Part shown: piece after piece, positions 41,562-51,136 of the stretch
Numbering within the stretch: the first letter of the stretch is position 1
Layout: every line of letters starts with the position of its first letter
Source of the DNA: Pueribacillus theae
Lineage (GTDB): Bacteria; Bacillota; Bacilli; Bacillales; UBA6769
Length of the DNA stretch: 64,000 nt
Direction of reading: 5' to 3'
NCBI RefSeq assembly: GCF_003097615.1
Contig: NZ_QCZG01000013.1
Coordinates: forward strand, 16,016-80,015
The notes under the pieces: generated by a model
The model's input: the letters and a program-made list of their open reading frames with translations, nothing else
What the model was told of the DNA's origin: nothing
Databases searched by the model: none
Position numbers and translations under genes: made by a program

Positions 41562-42044
41562 ATGTCAGTACTCATATGGATGATCATCACTTTGTTATTT
41601 ATTGGGAGTTTCGTTGGCCTCATTTTTCCGCTTATTCCTTCGATTCTTCTTGTATGGGCAGGTTTTTTGCTTTACTTTTTTGGGATGAGCAGAGAAGAGC
41701 TTTCCGCCATCTTTTGGATTGGAATGGCGATACTTACGATTTTAATTTTCGTGTCGGATATCATGGCAAATAGTTTTTTCGTGAAGAAATATGGGGGATC
41801 GAAATGGGGAGAGCGAGTGGCGGTCATCGGTGTTATCGTCGGCTCTTTTGTCATGCCGCCATTCGGCGTTTTTCTAGTGCCATTCGCCGCTGTCATTATT
41901 ACAGAACTTTTTCTTCAAAAGGACGCCAGAAAGGCGGTTGCGATAGGCTTTGCTACATTCATTGGCTTTTTAAGCAGCACCCTTGCAAAATTCGTTATAC
42001 AGCTTATCATGATCGGCTGGTTCATCCTTGAAGTGATCTTCTAG
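41562..42044 (+). CDS. DUF456-family small membrane protein
   Basis: The ORF starts at 41505. I prefer the ATG at 41562 (MSVLIW), which follows GAAAGG. Four predicted TM helices. Confidence 0.55.
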   Translation: MSVLIWMIITLLFIGSFVGLIFPLIPSILLVWAGFLLYFFGMSREELSAIFWIGMAILTILIFVSDIMANSFFVKKYGGSKWGERVAVIGVIVGSFVMPPFGVFLVPFAAVIITELFLQKDARKAVAIGFATFIGFLSSTLAKFVIQLIMIGWFILEVIF

Positions 42045-43441
42045 AATGAATTCATGACAGAAATGGCGAAAGACGCAACTAGAATAACCGTAAGCACATA
42101 TTTTACATTCCATTGGGTAATTTCAAAGGTTTTCGTTCTAAATATGCTCCCAACTAATAAATTCGTCGCCGCAATTGGTGAAAGCAATGGCTGGATTCCC
42201 CAACATAAAATGAGAGTCAAAGCGAACAACTCTGGTTTTAAACCAACCACTTCAGGTGAGAGTGATGTCGCAAACACAAAAATTGGCAGCACTTGATGAG
42301 TAAAAAATGAAACACTTAGGCTAACAACCAAAATAATGGCAACGACCAAAACAACCGAAAGCTGGCTAATCTGTAAAAACATCTTTGATAACAAATCAGG
42401 AAAGCTTGTCAACTGAACCATTTGGGTAAAAAAAGTTGCCGCGATGATCATCACTGATTCATTGTGAATATTTGGAACAACGTTAAAAACGTAATCTTTC
42501 AAAGAATGGGTGAATGCCTTTATCTTTTTTATAAATAAAGACCAAATGATCGGATACGTAAACGCAATGAGCGCGATAAGCAACACAACATCAAAATGAA
42601 GCCATTTTTCAAGAAAAATCAACGATAAAAACAAGCCTGCAAAAACGATTAAGAGCTCAAGTCCTTTCCGGTAGCTGATCGGTTCCTTTTCAGTGGCAGT
42701 CTGTTCCGCTTCAGAAGCAGCTGCCATTTCTTGATACGCTTTCTGTTGCTTTTCTTTACGAAGGTCAAGCGAGATTAAAGCGACCGAAATCGAAAAGCAA
42801 AGCACTGCCATCATCAATCCATAACCGACAAAGGAATTGAAGCGGACACCGACAAGATGCAAAATAATCGCCACGCCTGCGAAATATGGAGACCATAGCG
42901 CTGCCAAGGAAAACCCTTGGATCATACTTTTGACAAAGATTTTTTTCATTTTGCCTAAACGCTGGAAAAATAAATCAAAAATAATCCGGACGGATCCTAA
43001 ATTAATAAATGAACTGGTAATGCCTGTCAGCGCCACAACGAGCGCAATCACTTGCATATCTTTTTTCATAAATTGGCCGATGATCTTATTGATATATCCA
43101 ATATACCCTCCGTTTTGCAGCGGATATGCGAGCAGAGGCACGGAAACAAACAAGGCGATCAATCCAACATTGTTTAAAAGCGATTCTATCCAGTAAGCCT
43201 TCGTGCCGCCATGAAGAAAAAAAAGAAAATGGCCGACAATCATCATAAGAATGCTAATGATTCTCGGCAAAGGCGCCATCCCCGGCCATGATACGAAAAA
43301 AATCAAGATAACGAACGCAATCAGCAGAAAAGTAAGTGATTCGTGAAAAAATACATTGATAATATAACCTACGGCCAACGATAGCAAAAGCAAGCCGCGT
43401 ATAAATGGCACTGAGATTCCTTGATGCTGCATGAAAAACAA
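42041..43441 (-). CDS. polytopic integral membrane protein of unknown function (466 aa, at least 10 predicted TM helices, two hydrophobic halves separated by a charged linker)
   Basis: Long hydrophobic ORF. No family confidently recognised. Lies 12 nt downstream of the CtaG-like gene. Confidence 0.55.
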   Translation of the reverse strand: MFFMQHQGISVPFIRGLLLLSLAVGYIINVFFHESLTFLLIAFVILIFFVSWPGMAPLPRIISILMMIVGHFLFFLHGGTKAYWIESLLNNVGLIALFVSVPLLAYPLQNGGYIGYINKIIGQFMKKDMQVIALVVALTGITSSFINLGSVRIIFDLFFQRLGKMKKIFVKSMIQGFSLAALWSPYFAGVAIILHLVGVRFNSFVGYGLMMAVLCFSISVALISLDLRKEKQQKAYQEMAAASEAEQTATEKEPISYRKGLELLIVFAGLFLSLIFLEKWLHFDVVLLIALIAFTYPIIWSLFIKKIKAFTHSLKDYVFNVVPNIHNESVMIIAATFFTQMVQLTSFPDLLSKMFLQISQLSVVLVVAIILVVSLSVSFFTHQVLPIFVFATSLSPEVVGLKPELFALTLILCWGIQPLLSPIAATNLLVGSIFRTKTFEITQWNVKYVLTVILVASFAISVMNSF

Positions 43442-43452
43442 CCCTAACCAAA

Positions 43453-44310
43453 TTATTTTTTATCGGGAAAATGGATGACAACGCCTTGCACAACACGAAG
43501 GCTCTCATCGTCAATTTTTCCTTCTTTATCTTCCTCTTTCTTCGCCCATCTCATAATCAAATAAAATAATGCGATGCCGTAACTTGTCAGTTGAATAGCC
43601 TTTAAAAGGCCACCCGCAAGCTGCTGATCGTAAATCGCATTAATCGCAGGAATAATCATCCCCGCTACCGCTTCATACGCAGGGTAATGTGCGGTTTCGA
43701 TAATGATAAAAAAGATGCCAATAGGCATTAACAACATCGCCGTACAAAAAACATAGGCTGTTCTCGTAAAGTCGGAAAGCTTGCTTACCTCAGGCAACGG
43801 CGTAATAATCGTCCACCACATTAAAAAGGCGTTAAACATAAGAATGATTTGTGCAATGGAAGTCAATAAGAAGCTTTGATGAATTGTGTTAAATACACTT
43901 GGCACAAAATAAACCGTCAATAAACCGTTGAAAAAAATCGCGGTCATCCATGGATGCGCAAACAGCTTTATCGCATTCCTCATCCGATAATCCCAAAAGT
44001 ATCTTCGAATAAAATCCGTCGGCAAACTAAGGATAAATAAAGGCGTCACAACAAATAACATGATGGATAGCTGGAGAACATGCATGCTAAACATATAATC
44101 GTCAGCGATGATGGAAAAAGGGCTTCCCTTCGCCAAATAAAGCAAAATGGCCGCAAAGAAAAAGTATTTCACCTTCTCGCCTGCAACACGATACTGATGT
44201 GAAAGGGCAATTTTTCTAATATACAAATACGAAAGCAATGCCAAAACAGCGATCCAAACCGGTCCCCACATTTCATACCAAGTATAGTTCGAAAAAAGAG
44301 AGCCGCCCAC
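43453..44310 (-). CDS. membrane protein, possibly a cytochrome-c-oxidase assembly factor CtaG-like (Caa3_CtaG family)
   Basis: 285 aa, 7-8 TM helices. GTG start after AAGGGGA. The family assignment is from memory only. Confidence 0.4.
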   Translation of the reverse strand: MGGSLFSNYTWYEMWGPVWIAVLALLSYLYIRKIALSHQYRVAGEKVKYFFFAAILLYLAKGSPFSIIADDYMFSMHVLQLSIMLFVVTPLFILSLPTDFIRRYFWDYRMRNAIKLFAHPWMTAIFFNGLLTVYFVPSVFNTIHQSFLLTSIAQIILMFNAFLMWWTIITPLPEVSKLSDFTRTAYVFCTAMLLMPIGIFFIIIETAHYPAYEAVAGMIIPAINAIYDQQLAGGLLKAIQLTSYGIALFYLIMRWAKKEEDKEGKIDDESLRVVQGVVIHFPDKK

Positions 44311-44366
44311 CGATCATTCATCCCCTTATCGCTTCTTAAAAAATAAGAAAATATAAATTTGCTTTT

Positions 44367-44420
44367 CGTAAATTTAGACCAATCCTGGCTTCTGAACTCT
44401 GAACAAGGACGCGTTAGCGT
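44367..44420 (+). repeat. copy 2 of the dispersed intergenic repeat
   Basis: Reads CGTAAATTTAGACCAATCCTGGCTTCTGAAC...ACGCGTTAGCGTC. About 60-110 nt upstream of the CtaG-like start. Confidence 0.6.
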
Positions 44421-45004
44421 CATTGTTCCATTTGGTAGCCTTTGTCCGTGACATAATCTTCAATGCTCCAGATGCCTTTCTTCTTTTTCTTTGCTTCTTT
44501 TTCGATCTTTAGATAGTCATCGAGATGCCTTTTATCATTGTAAACGTAAGCCACTCTTGCAAGTCCTTCCTCCAGCAATACTTCCTGCAAACTGACGCCA
44601 TCAACATACAAATAGCCTAACAGCCTGCCGTACTTGTCTCTTTCTTGAATGCCGAGTTCGATTTCAACTTTGCCGTCTTTAAGCAGTTCTTCCACTTTTT
44701 CCTTCGCTTCGACTGCATACGGCTGAGGGCCGTCAAATTGTTTATGGCGCATTTCCGGTGTATCGATTAATAAAAATCGGATATTTTCTTCTTTTCCTTC
44801 ATAATTAATTTTGATCGTGTCTCCGTCAATGACTTTTACAACGTCTGCAAGAATGCGTTCTTGGCTGATCTCATGCGTGCTTCCACTCTGTTCCGCCGGT
44901 TCAAGCAGTTCGTTGACATCAATCCCGTAGTATGCCCCAATTCCGATGACAAATACTGCCAGCAGAGTAGGCAACAATGTTTTCTTTGTTTTCTTTTTCT
45001 TCAA
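44420..45004 (-). CDS. thermonuclease-family (SNase-like) secreted/membrane-anchored nuclease (YncB-like)
   Basis: 194 aa with a Lys-rich N-terminus plus TM segment. SNase-domain motifs (VIDGDTIK, RFLLIDTPE, YGRLLGYLY). Confidence 0.75.
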   Translation of the reverse strand: MKKKKTKKTLLPTLLAVFVIGIGAYYGIDVNELLEPAEQSGSTHEISQERILADVVKVIDGDTIKINYEGKEENIRFLLIDTPEMRHKQFDGPQPYAVEAKEKVEELLKDGKVEIELGIQERDKYGRLLGYLYVDGVSLQEVLLEEGLARVAYVYNDKRHLDDYLKIEKEAKKKKKGIWSIEDYVTDKGYQMEQ

Positions 45005-45099
45005 TGACGTTTCCTCTCATCCTAGAACATTTTACTCTCTCTATTTTAGCAAGAATTCCTGTAAAGGGAAACTCATCCTCCAAGCTAGGGAGTATACAA

Positions 45100-47373
45100 T
45101 TAATGAAATAATCCTGTTTTCCGCGACTTTTTCATTAAAGCATCTGTCTTTTTATTGATTGGCTCCTTCAGAAAGATCCCGAGCATAAGAAAAATGAATC
45201 CAAATATCGCTAAGGCTAATAAGTCTCGGATAACCCGTGACCAAACAATGCCGGAAACCGCTTCACGCATGACATCTACCGCATACGTAAACGGCAAAAA
45301 AGGATGAATCATTTGGAAAAACTGCGGAAGAAGCACAACGGGGTACGTTCCCCCTGAACCTGCAATTTGAAGCACTAGCAAGACGATAGCCATTGCTTTT
45401 CCAACATCGCCAAAAATAGAAACGAGCGTGTAAACAATGAGCATAAATATAAGGCTGATGAAAAGCCCGAATAGAACGAACCAAACCGGATGAACGATCG
45501 GTACGTTAATAATAAAAATATCCCCAATTGTAACAACGAGCGTCTGCAATAGTCCAATCGTTACAAAGGTCAATAATTTACCGATATATCTTTGCCTTGC
45601 CGAAAACTCTTCAACCTCATGGACATCCGCCGCTAAAAGTGAAATAAGCAGCAATGAACCGACCCAAATTGCCAATACCGTGTAAAACGGTGTCATTCCT
45701 GTTCCGTAATTTGCAACCGGGAAAATTTGATTTTTGTTCAGTTTAACCGGTTCGGCAAAGAAGCCCCGCTCTGCTTCCGGATCGTTCCGAAGCAGTTCAA
45801 TGATTTCATTAATGTCTGTTTCACCTTGCACTTCCCGAATTTTATTTGCAAGCTCCCGAATTTTGTCATTTATGTAAGGGTACTCGCCAAGCAGATATTT
45901 AAGCATATCTTGCCCTTCCCCTAAATTTTTTTCCGTCCGGTTTAAGATTTTTTCCACTTCTGGGATGGTCGATTGGATTCCAGTCAACATTTCCTTTGCG
46001 CTTGCGAGGGTTGATTTCGCGCTTTTGATCTCTTTTATGACCGTTGGCTCAATGTTTTCTTTGTATTCTTTCATAAATGCATCAATTTTGTTCACAGTAT
46101 TCCCGGATAATTTTTGCAAGTCACCGATTACTTTATCAACTTCTTGCTTTTTCTCTCCGATAAACGTGTCAATTTTTTTCGCATCCGTTTGGATCGTCTC
46201 TAAGGCAGACTTCAATTGATTCAAATTCGCAATGGCCTCGTCAATTTTCTGATTTTGTTCTTGTTTATTTTTTTGTTCAGCCGCTGTACTGCCACTTCCC
46301 TGTGGGCTTGTTTGTTGTCCCGCTGTTCCATCTCCCTCTTCTGGACTTTCTACGGCGGGCGGAGGCGTTACAGGCCTTTGATTGTTTAATTCTTTTAACT
46401 GGTTTAATGCTTGTTCAACCGAATTTATTTGGGCTATCGCTTTTCCGGCTCGTTCATTCAACTGCTTCTTAATCTCTTCTCCTGCACTGAAATCAATATT
46501 TGCTGTATTGACACCTTGAATAAAGTTGTTAACGTCTTTTGCAATCGTTTGGGCTTTTTTCAAATCATTTTCTACTTTTGGGGCAAGATCGTTTAACCGT
46601 TTTTCAGCTTTATTCAAAAAAGCGGTTGTTTCATTTATCGTCTGCAGCCCTTGTTTCGTCGTTTGTTCCGCTTTCGGAATCATACCTTGTGCCTTATCAA
46701 TAATGTCTCGAGCATGTTTCGCATCGCTGTTCGACTCAGATAGCAATTGATTGATTTCCGGTAAACTTTCTTCCGCTTTAAAAACATAGTCTTCAAAACG
46801 TCTAATATCCGGTAAATCTTTTTCAAGCTCTATGCCGAGTTCGTTAAAGATGTCAAAAATGACACCGTTGACTGTTGAAATAAAGTTGCTCGTAATTTGC
46901 TCAACGATTGTACTGGCGCCTTTTTCCGTAATTTTAGGTGCAATTGCGTTAATTTTTTCATTCACGAAATAGTCAACTTCCGCCTTTTCAGGGCGATCGG
47001 ACACGACTGTAGCCAGCTGTTCCGAAAAATTTTCTGGAATAATAATGACGGCAAAATAATCACCGTATTCGACTTTGTCCATTGCCTTCTCACGTTTGTC
47101 GAAATGCCAGTCCATCGAATCGTTTTCTTTCAGTGTACGGACTAATTCATCTCCAGCATTTATATCGTTATCACGAATGGTCGCTCCTTTATCTTCGTTC
47201 ACGACTCCAACAGGCATTTGATCCGTTTGTCCATACGGATCCCAAGAAGCCTTTATGTTGAACCAAGCATACAAAGAAGGCAGGATAATCAGCCCGCCAA
47301 TTAAAATTGCCGCTACCCAGTTTGTCCCAACACTTTTCATGTCATGCCCATAAATACGCCAAATGCTTTTCAT
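45100..47373 (-). CDS. YhgE/Pip domain membrane protein (phage infection protein family)
   Basis: 757 aa with an N-terminal TM, a long extracellular coiled region with repeats and a C-terminal ABC-2-like 5-TM bundle. Confidence 0.8.
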   Translation of the reverse strand: MKSIWRIYGHDMKSVGTNWVAAILIGGLIILPSLYAWFNIKASWDPYGQTDQMPVGVVNEDKGATIRDNDINAGDELVRTLKENDSMDWHFDKREKAMDKVEYGDYFAVIIIPENFSEQLATVVSDRPEKAEVDYFVNEKINAIAPKITEKGASTIVEQITSNFISTVNGVIFDIFNELGIELEKDLPDIRRFEDYVFKAEESLPEINQLLSESNSDAKHARDIIDKAQGMIPKAEQTTKQGLQTINETTAFLNKAEKRLNDLAPKVENDLKKAQTIAKDVNNFIQGVNTANIDFSAGEEIKKQLNERAGKAIAQINSVEQALNQLKELNNQRPVTPPPAVESPEEGDGTAGQQTSPQGSGSTAAEQKNKQEQNQKIDEAIANLNQLKSALETIQTDAKKIDTFIGEKKQEVDKVIGDLQKLSGNTVNKIDAFMKEYKENIEPTVIKEIKSAKSTLASAKEMLTGIQSTIPEVEKILNRTEKNLGEGQDMLKYLLGEYPYINDKIRELANKIREVQGETDINEIIELLRNDPEAERGFFAEPVKLNKNQIFPVANYGTGMTPFYTVLAIWVGSLLLISLLAADVHEVEEFSARQRYIGKLLTFVTIGLLQTLVVTIGDIFIINVPIVHPVWFVLFGLFISLIFMLIVYTLVSIFGDVGKAMAIVLLVLQIAGSGGTYPVVLLPQFFQMIHPFLPFTYAVDVMREAVSGIVWSRVIRDLLALAIFGFIFLMLGIFLKEPINKKTDALMKKSRKTGLFH

Positions 47374-47462
47374 ATGTAAAACTCCTTGTCCGGCAAAATA
47401 ATGAAGTTAATTTCTTATTGTAGCAGTATTTATATGTTGAATCTACAAACCGGATTTCAATT

Positions 47463-47499
47463 AAAAAAAGCCTACAGAGAAATGATTCTCTGCAAGCTT
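47463..47499 (-). terminator. terminator of the acyl-CoA ligase gene
   Basis: AAGCTTGCAGAGAAtcatTTCTCTGTAGGCTT followed by TTTTTT on the minus strand. Confidence 0.5.
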
Positions 47500-47506
47500 T
47501 TTCCAA

Positions 47507-49120
47507 TCAGCTGTTCAAGTTTTCATACATATCCCTTAATGTCCGTTTTAACACTTTCCCGCTTGGATTTTTTGGCAGGCTGTCTGTAAACTCAATCAAT
47601 TTGGGCACTTTAAATCCAGCCAGTTTTTCTTTACAGAAAGAAAGGATGTCTTCTTTCTGTAAATTTGCTCCTTCTTTAGGAACGATAATCGCAGTGACAG
47701 CTTCAATCCAGTAGGGGTCCGGTACGCTAATGACAGCTACTTCAGAAACGCCGGGAAATTCATAAATAGCTTCTTCAACCTCACGGCTTGAAACATTTTC
47801 ACCGCCTGTTTTGATCATATCTTTTTTGCGGTCAACAATCGTCAAGTATCCTTCTTCATCCATGACCCCCAAGTCGCCGCTATGAAACCATCCGCCTTTA
47901 AAAGCTTCCGCTGTTTTTTCTGGATCATGCAAATAGCCTTTCATCGCGTGGGATGTCCGGTGAACGATTTCGCCTACCTGTCCTGGCGGCACTTCATTCC
48001 CATCATCGTCTACAATTTTCGTTTGGACGTTTAAAGACGGTTTCCCGGCGGAACCGAGCTTGCGCAATTGATCTTCCGGCTGAAGCACAGTAGCGAGTGG
48101 CGCCACTTCCGTCTGTCCATAGAAATTCCAGAACTTTGCTTGGGGTAGCCGCTCGGACAGCTCCTTTAGAATTTCTCTCGGCATAATTGCCGCACCATAA
48201 TAACATTTCTGTAATGAAGATAAATCCCGCTTATCAAAATCAGGGTGGCGCAAAAGAGAGATCCATACCGTCGGCGGACAGAACAGCTGCGTAGCCTGTT
48301 CCTTTTCAATCGTCTCTAAAATGAGCTCAGGGTTTGCTTGATCGAGGATAATTCCGCTTGCCCCTAAATAAATGCTTGGCCCTAGAAAACAATGCAGTTG
48401 GGCACTATGAAACAGTGGAAGCGCATGGATGAATACATCAGATGAAGCCATTCCGCCGTCCACGATACAGCTGACATATTCACTAATCAAGTTCGAATGA
48501 GTCAACATGACGCCTTTCGGTTTTGACTCCGTTCCGCTCGTATACAACACATGAGCTAGGTCGTCATCATTGAGAGAAGCCTCGACTAATTCAGTCGGCA
48601 TACCTTGGCGTTTATTCGATAAAAGTTCCCAGTGCTGCAAGATTGCTGGTAATCTAGTATCGGCTTTCACGTCCATAAGATAACGCTTCTTGATTTGCGG
48701 ATCATTTTGCTGGATCGCTTTATCTAGTAACGGAGCATACTCCAAAGATGCAATGAAACTCGTAATTTTCGCATGTTGGAGAATATAGGAAACCTCATCC
48801 ACATTAAGCATATAGTTAATGGGTACCATAACGGCTCCTATACGCGCCAATGCAAAATTGACAACGCAAAAGTCAAGACTGTTTTTTGATAAAACGGCAA
48901 CCATCGTCCCTTTTTTTAACCCATCTTGAATAAAAGCATGCGCCGTTTGATTGACACGCTCCTCCAGCTGGGCATATGTAAGCCTCTCCTCTCCATACGC
49001 CAAAGCAAATTTTTCAGGCATTCTGCGACTCGTCCGCTCCAGAATATCGGAAAGCGTATTGCGCCGTGCTCGTTGTAATTGTGCAGTCAAATTGCCATCT
49101 TGATTTGCTGAAATAGCCAT
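47507..49120 (-). CDS. AMP-dependent acyl-CoA synthetase / long-chain-fatty-acid--CoA ligase
   Basis: 537 aa with AMP-binding motifs (YTSGTESKPKG, GQTE, GDLGVMDEEGYLTIVDRKKD). Confidence 0.8.
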   Translation of the reverse strand: MAISANQDGNLTAQLQRARRNTLSDILERTSRRMPEKFALAYGEERLTYAQLEERVNQTAHAFIQDGLKKGTMVAVLSKNSLDFCVVNFALARIGAVMVPINYMLNVDEVSYILQHAKITSFIASLEYAPLLDKAIQQNDPQIKKRYLMDVKADTRLPAILQHWELLSNKRQGMPTELVEASLNDDDLAHVLYTSGTESKPKGVMLTHSNLISEYVSCIVDGGMASSDVFIHALPLFHSAQLHCFLGPSIYLGASGIILDQANPELILETIEKEQATQLFCPPTVWISLLRHPDFDKRDLSSLQKCYYGAAIMPREILKELSERLPQAKFWNFYGQTEVAPLATVLQPEDQLRKLGSAGKPSLNVQTKIVDDDGNEVPPGQVGEIVHRTSHAMKGYLHDPEKTAEAFKGGWFHSGDLGVMDEEGYLTIVDRKKDMIKTGGENVSSREVEEAIYEFPGVSEVAVISVPDPYWIEAVTAIIVPKEGANLQKEDILSFCKEKLAGFKVPKLIEFTDSLPKNPSGKVLKRTLRDMYENLNS

Positions 49121-49263
49121 TTTCCTCTCTCCCTTTTTAAAAAGTTAGAATTATCAATAGTATACATTTGTTATTTCCGAATTTAAACAAAATTTAATTG
49201 AATGTAACTTTAAAAGTTTTACTTGGTTTGAACTAAAACCAATGTTTAAATTGGAATAATAAA

Positions 49264-49283
49264 CAATTCAATCGATTGAATTG
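49264..49283. promoter_or_regulatory. perfect 20-bp palindrome CAATTCAATCGATTGAATTG
   Basis: Self-complementary over all 20 nt. Lies about 145-165 nt upstream of the acyl-CoA ligase start. Candidate operator. Confidence 0.4.
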
Positions 49284-49323
49284 TGAATTTTATACCCCCG
49301 AAGAAGTCTTATCACAATAAAAA

Positions 49324-49352
49324 ACCGTAGCCCAATTGAATATTTGGCTACG
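49324..49352 (-). terminator. terminator of the dehydrogenase gene (CCGTAGCC/GGCTACGG stem, T-run on minus strand)
   Basis: 8-bp perfect stem. The reverse complement is followed by TTTTTT. Confidence 0.6.
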
Positions 49353-49450
49353 GAATATAATTTATGAAAAAGAAACGAACGCCTCAGGCCTGCAGGCTTT
49401 TTTCAAAACCGCGAACATCTCCCAGGTTATCGGCCATCTAAAACATAAAA

Positions 49451-50830
49451 TTAATATAATTTTCCTTGGGTATACAAAATAGTCGAGATTCTCCTCACAG
49501 CATGAGCATAGCAAAATTGCCGCAGTGATTTCCCATTGCCGAAAAAGGATGGGTAGATCGCTTTCATTGTCTGTTCCATTTTGTTAAATAACCTTTCATA
49601 GACTTCCTTCTCGCTTAAAAATTGCGTTTCCCGGCCTTGCAGCCATTCAATATAAGAAACAATCACTCCTCCCGCATTCGCCAAAATGTCTGGAATGATG
49701 ATGCCTCCTTTTTCAGTAAGCACCTGATCTGCCTCTCCCGAAACAGGCGCATTTGCTCCTTCGACGATAATCCGCGCCTTCACTTCTTCAACGTTATCCT
49801 CTCTGATTTGGTTTTCAAGTGCAGCTAGTACCAGAACGTCAACATCAAGTGAAAGGATCTCTTCTCTGTTTAAAATGTTCGCTTTAATGCCGGCTTTATC
49901 CAGTTCTTCCTGCTCTTTAGGAAGTTCTTTATAATTATTGTTCGCATATTCAGCCAAAGAGGGAATATCCAGCCCTTCCGGATTGTAGAGCGTTACATTG
50001 CGGTCACTTACTGCAACAACCTTATTTTGCAAGTATTCACAACGGTATGCTTCAAGCGCCACAACAGATCCGACATTTCCAAACCCTTGTATTGCCAACG
50101 TCTGTGGCTGGTTAATCTGGGAAAAAACTGATTTGGAAAATGTTTGCTTTGAGCTTGCAAGCAATTCCTGGTTTTCATTTAAAAAGTTATGTAATAAATA
50201 GCGGAGCGTGAAATAAACCCCTTTGCCGGTTGCCTCTCGCCTGCCTAATGAGCCGCCATTTATCACACTTTTCCCTGTAAAACTGCCAAGATACGGTTTT
50301 CCCGGATTAATGTTTTTATATTCACCCGTCATCCAATCCATCTCCCTCTGCCCAGTACCAACATCGGGAGCGGGAATATCTTTGTCTGGGCCTAAAATAT
50401 CGTTGAAGTATTGAACATATTTTTTGCAAATCAGATTCAATTCTTTATCCGAATAATCACGTGGATTAATCACCACTCCTCCCTTGCCGCCGCCAAAAGG
50501 AACATCATGCAGCGCATTTTTGAGCGTCATCAGCGCAGCCATATTTATGATTTCTTCTTCATTTACCGTCTCATGAAAGCGAATCCCGCCTTTATACGGC
50601 CCAAGTGTATTGTTATGCTGGATTCGAAAAGCTGGGATGCGCACGACCACATTGGTATCTAAAACGATTCGGAGATAGGAACGATGGATATGATTCGGGG
50701 TTGATAGAATAGCCGAAATCGAACTAAACGCTTTATCTCTCGCTTCTTGTTTTAATTCGGGTAAAAAATCAGGCTCGTTGAACAATTGGCGTAACGATTG
50801 TTCAATAATGTCAATCGTTTGATTTGTCAT
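49451..50830 (-). CDS. Glu/Leu/Phe/Val-family amino-acid dehydrogenase (GDH-like)
   Basis: 459 aa with GGGKGG and other ELFV-dehydrogenase motifs (KGGIRFH, PAPDVGT). C-terminal Rossmann GFGNVG. Confidence 0.8.
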   Translation of the reverse strand: MTNQTIDIIEQSLRQLFNEPDFLPELKQEARDKAFSSISAILSTPNHIHRSYLRIVLDTNVVVRIPAFRIQHNNTLGPYKGGIRFHETVNEEEIINMAALMTLKNALHDVPFGGGKGGVVINPRDYSDKELNLICKKYVQYFNDILGPDKDIPAPDVGTGQREMDWMTGEYKNINPGKPYLGSFTGKSVINGGSLGRREATGKGVYFTLRYLLHNFLNENQELLASSKQTFSKSVFSQINQPQTLAIQGFGNVGSVVALEAYRCEYLQNKVVAVSDRNVTLYNPEGLDIPSLAEYANNNYKELPKEQEELDKAGIKANILNREEILSLDVDVLVLAALENQIREDNVEEVKARIIVEGANAPVSGEADQVLTEKGGIIIPDILANAGGVIVSYIEWLQGRETQFLSEKEVYERLFNKMEQTMKAIYPSFFGNGKSLRQFCYAHAVRRISTILYTQGKLY

Positions 50831-51136
50831 AAGAAAATCACCTCAACCTTTTTTTGACAATAGCTGTCCTGTTACTATAACGTATACCCGTTAACGAGAA
50901 AAACTTGCTTAAATTTTATGACCTTACATCACCAAGGGAATTTTCCTTCTTTACCATTTAATACAATGAAGCAATCCATGCCAAAGTTTCGAGGCATAAT
51001 AATAAAAAGAAATGCTTTACCGTTTTCAATCATTCAGCGTCAAAATTGAATCAGTGACGTGAACGTATAAAGCATACCGAATGTAAACAAACGGCTCCAG
51101 TGTGAAAGATGGCAAGCGAAAATGGCATTAATCAAT

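Noticed and set aside
44169-44423. 84-aa minus-strand ORF upstream of the CtaG-like gene.
   Set aside because: Overlaps the CtaG-like start in another frame and covers dispersed-repeat copy 2. The GTG at 44310 with AAGGGGA explains the region better.
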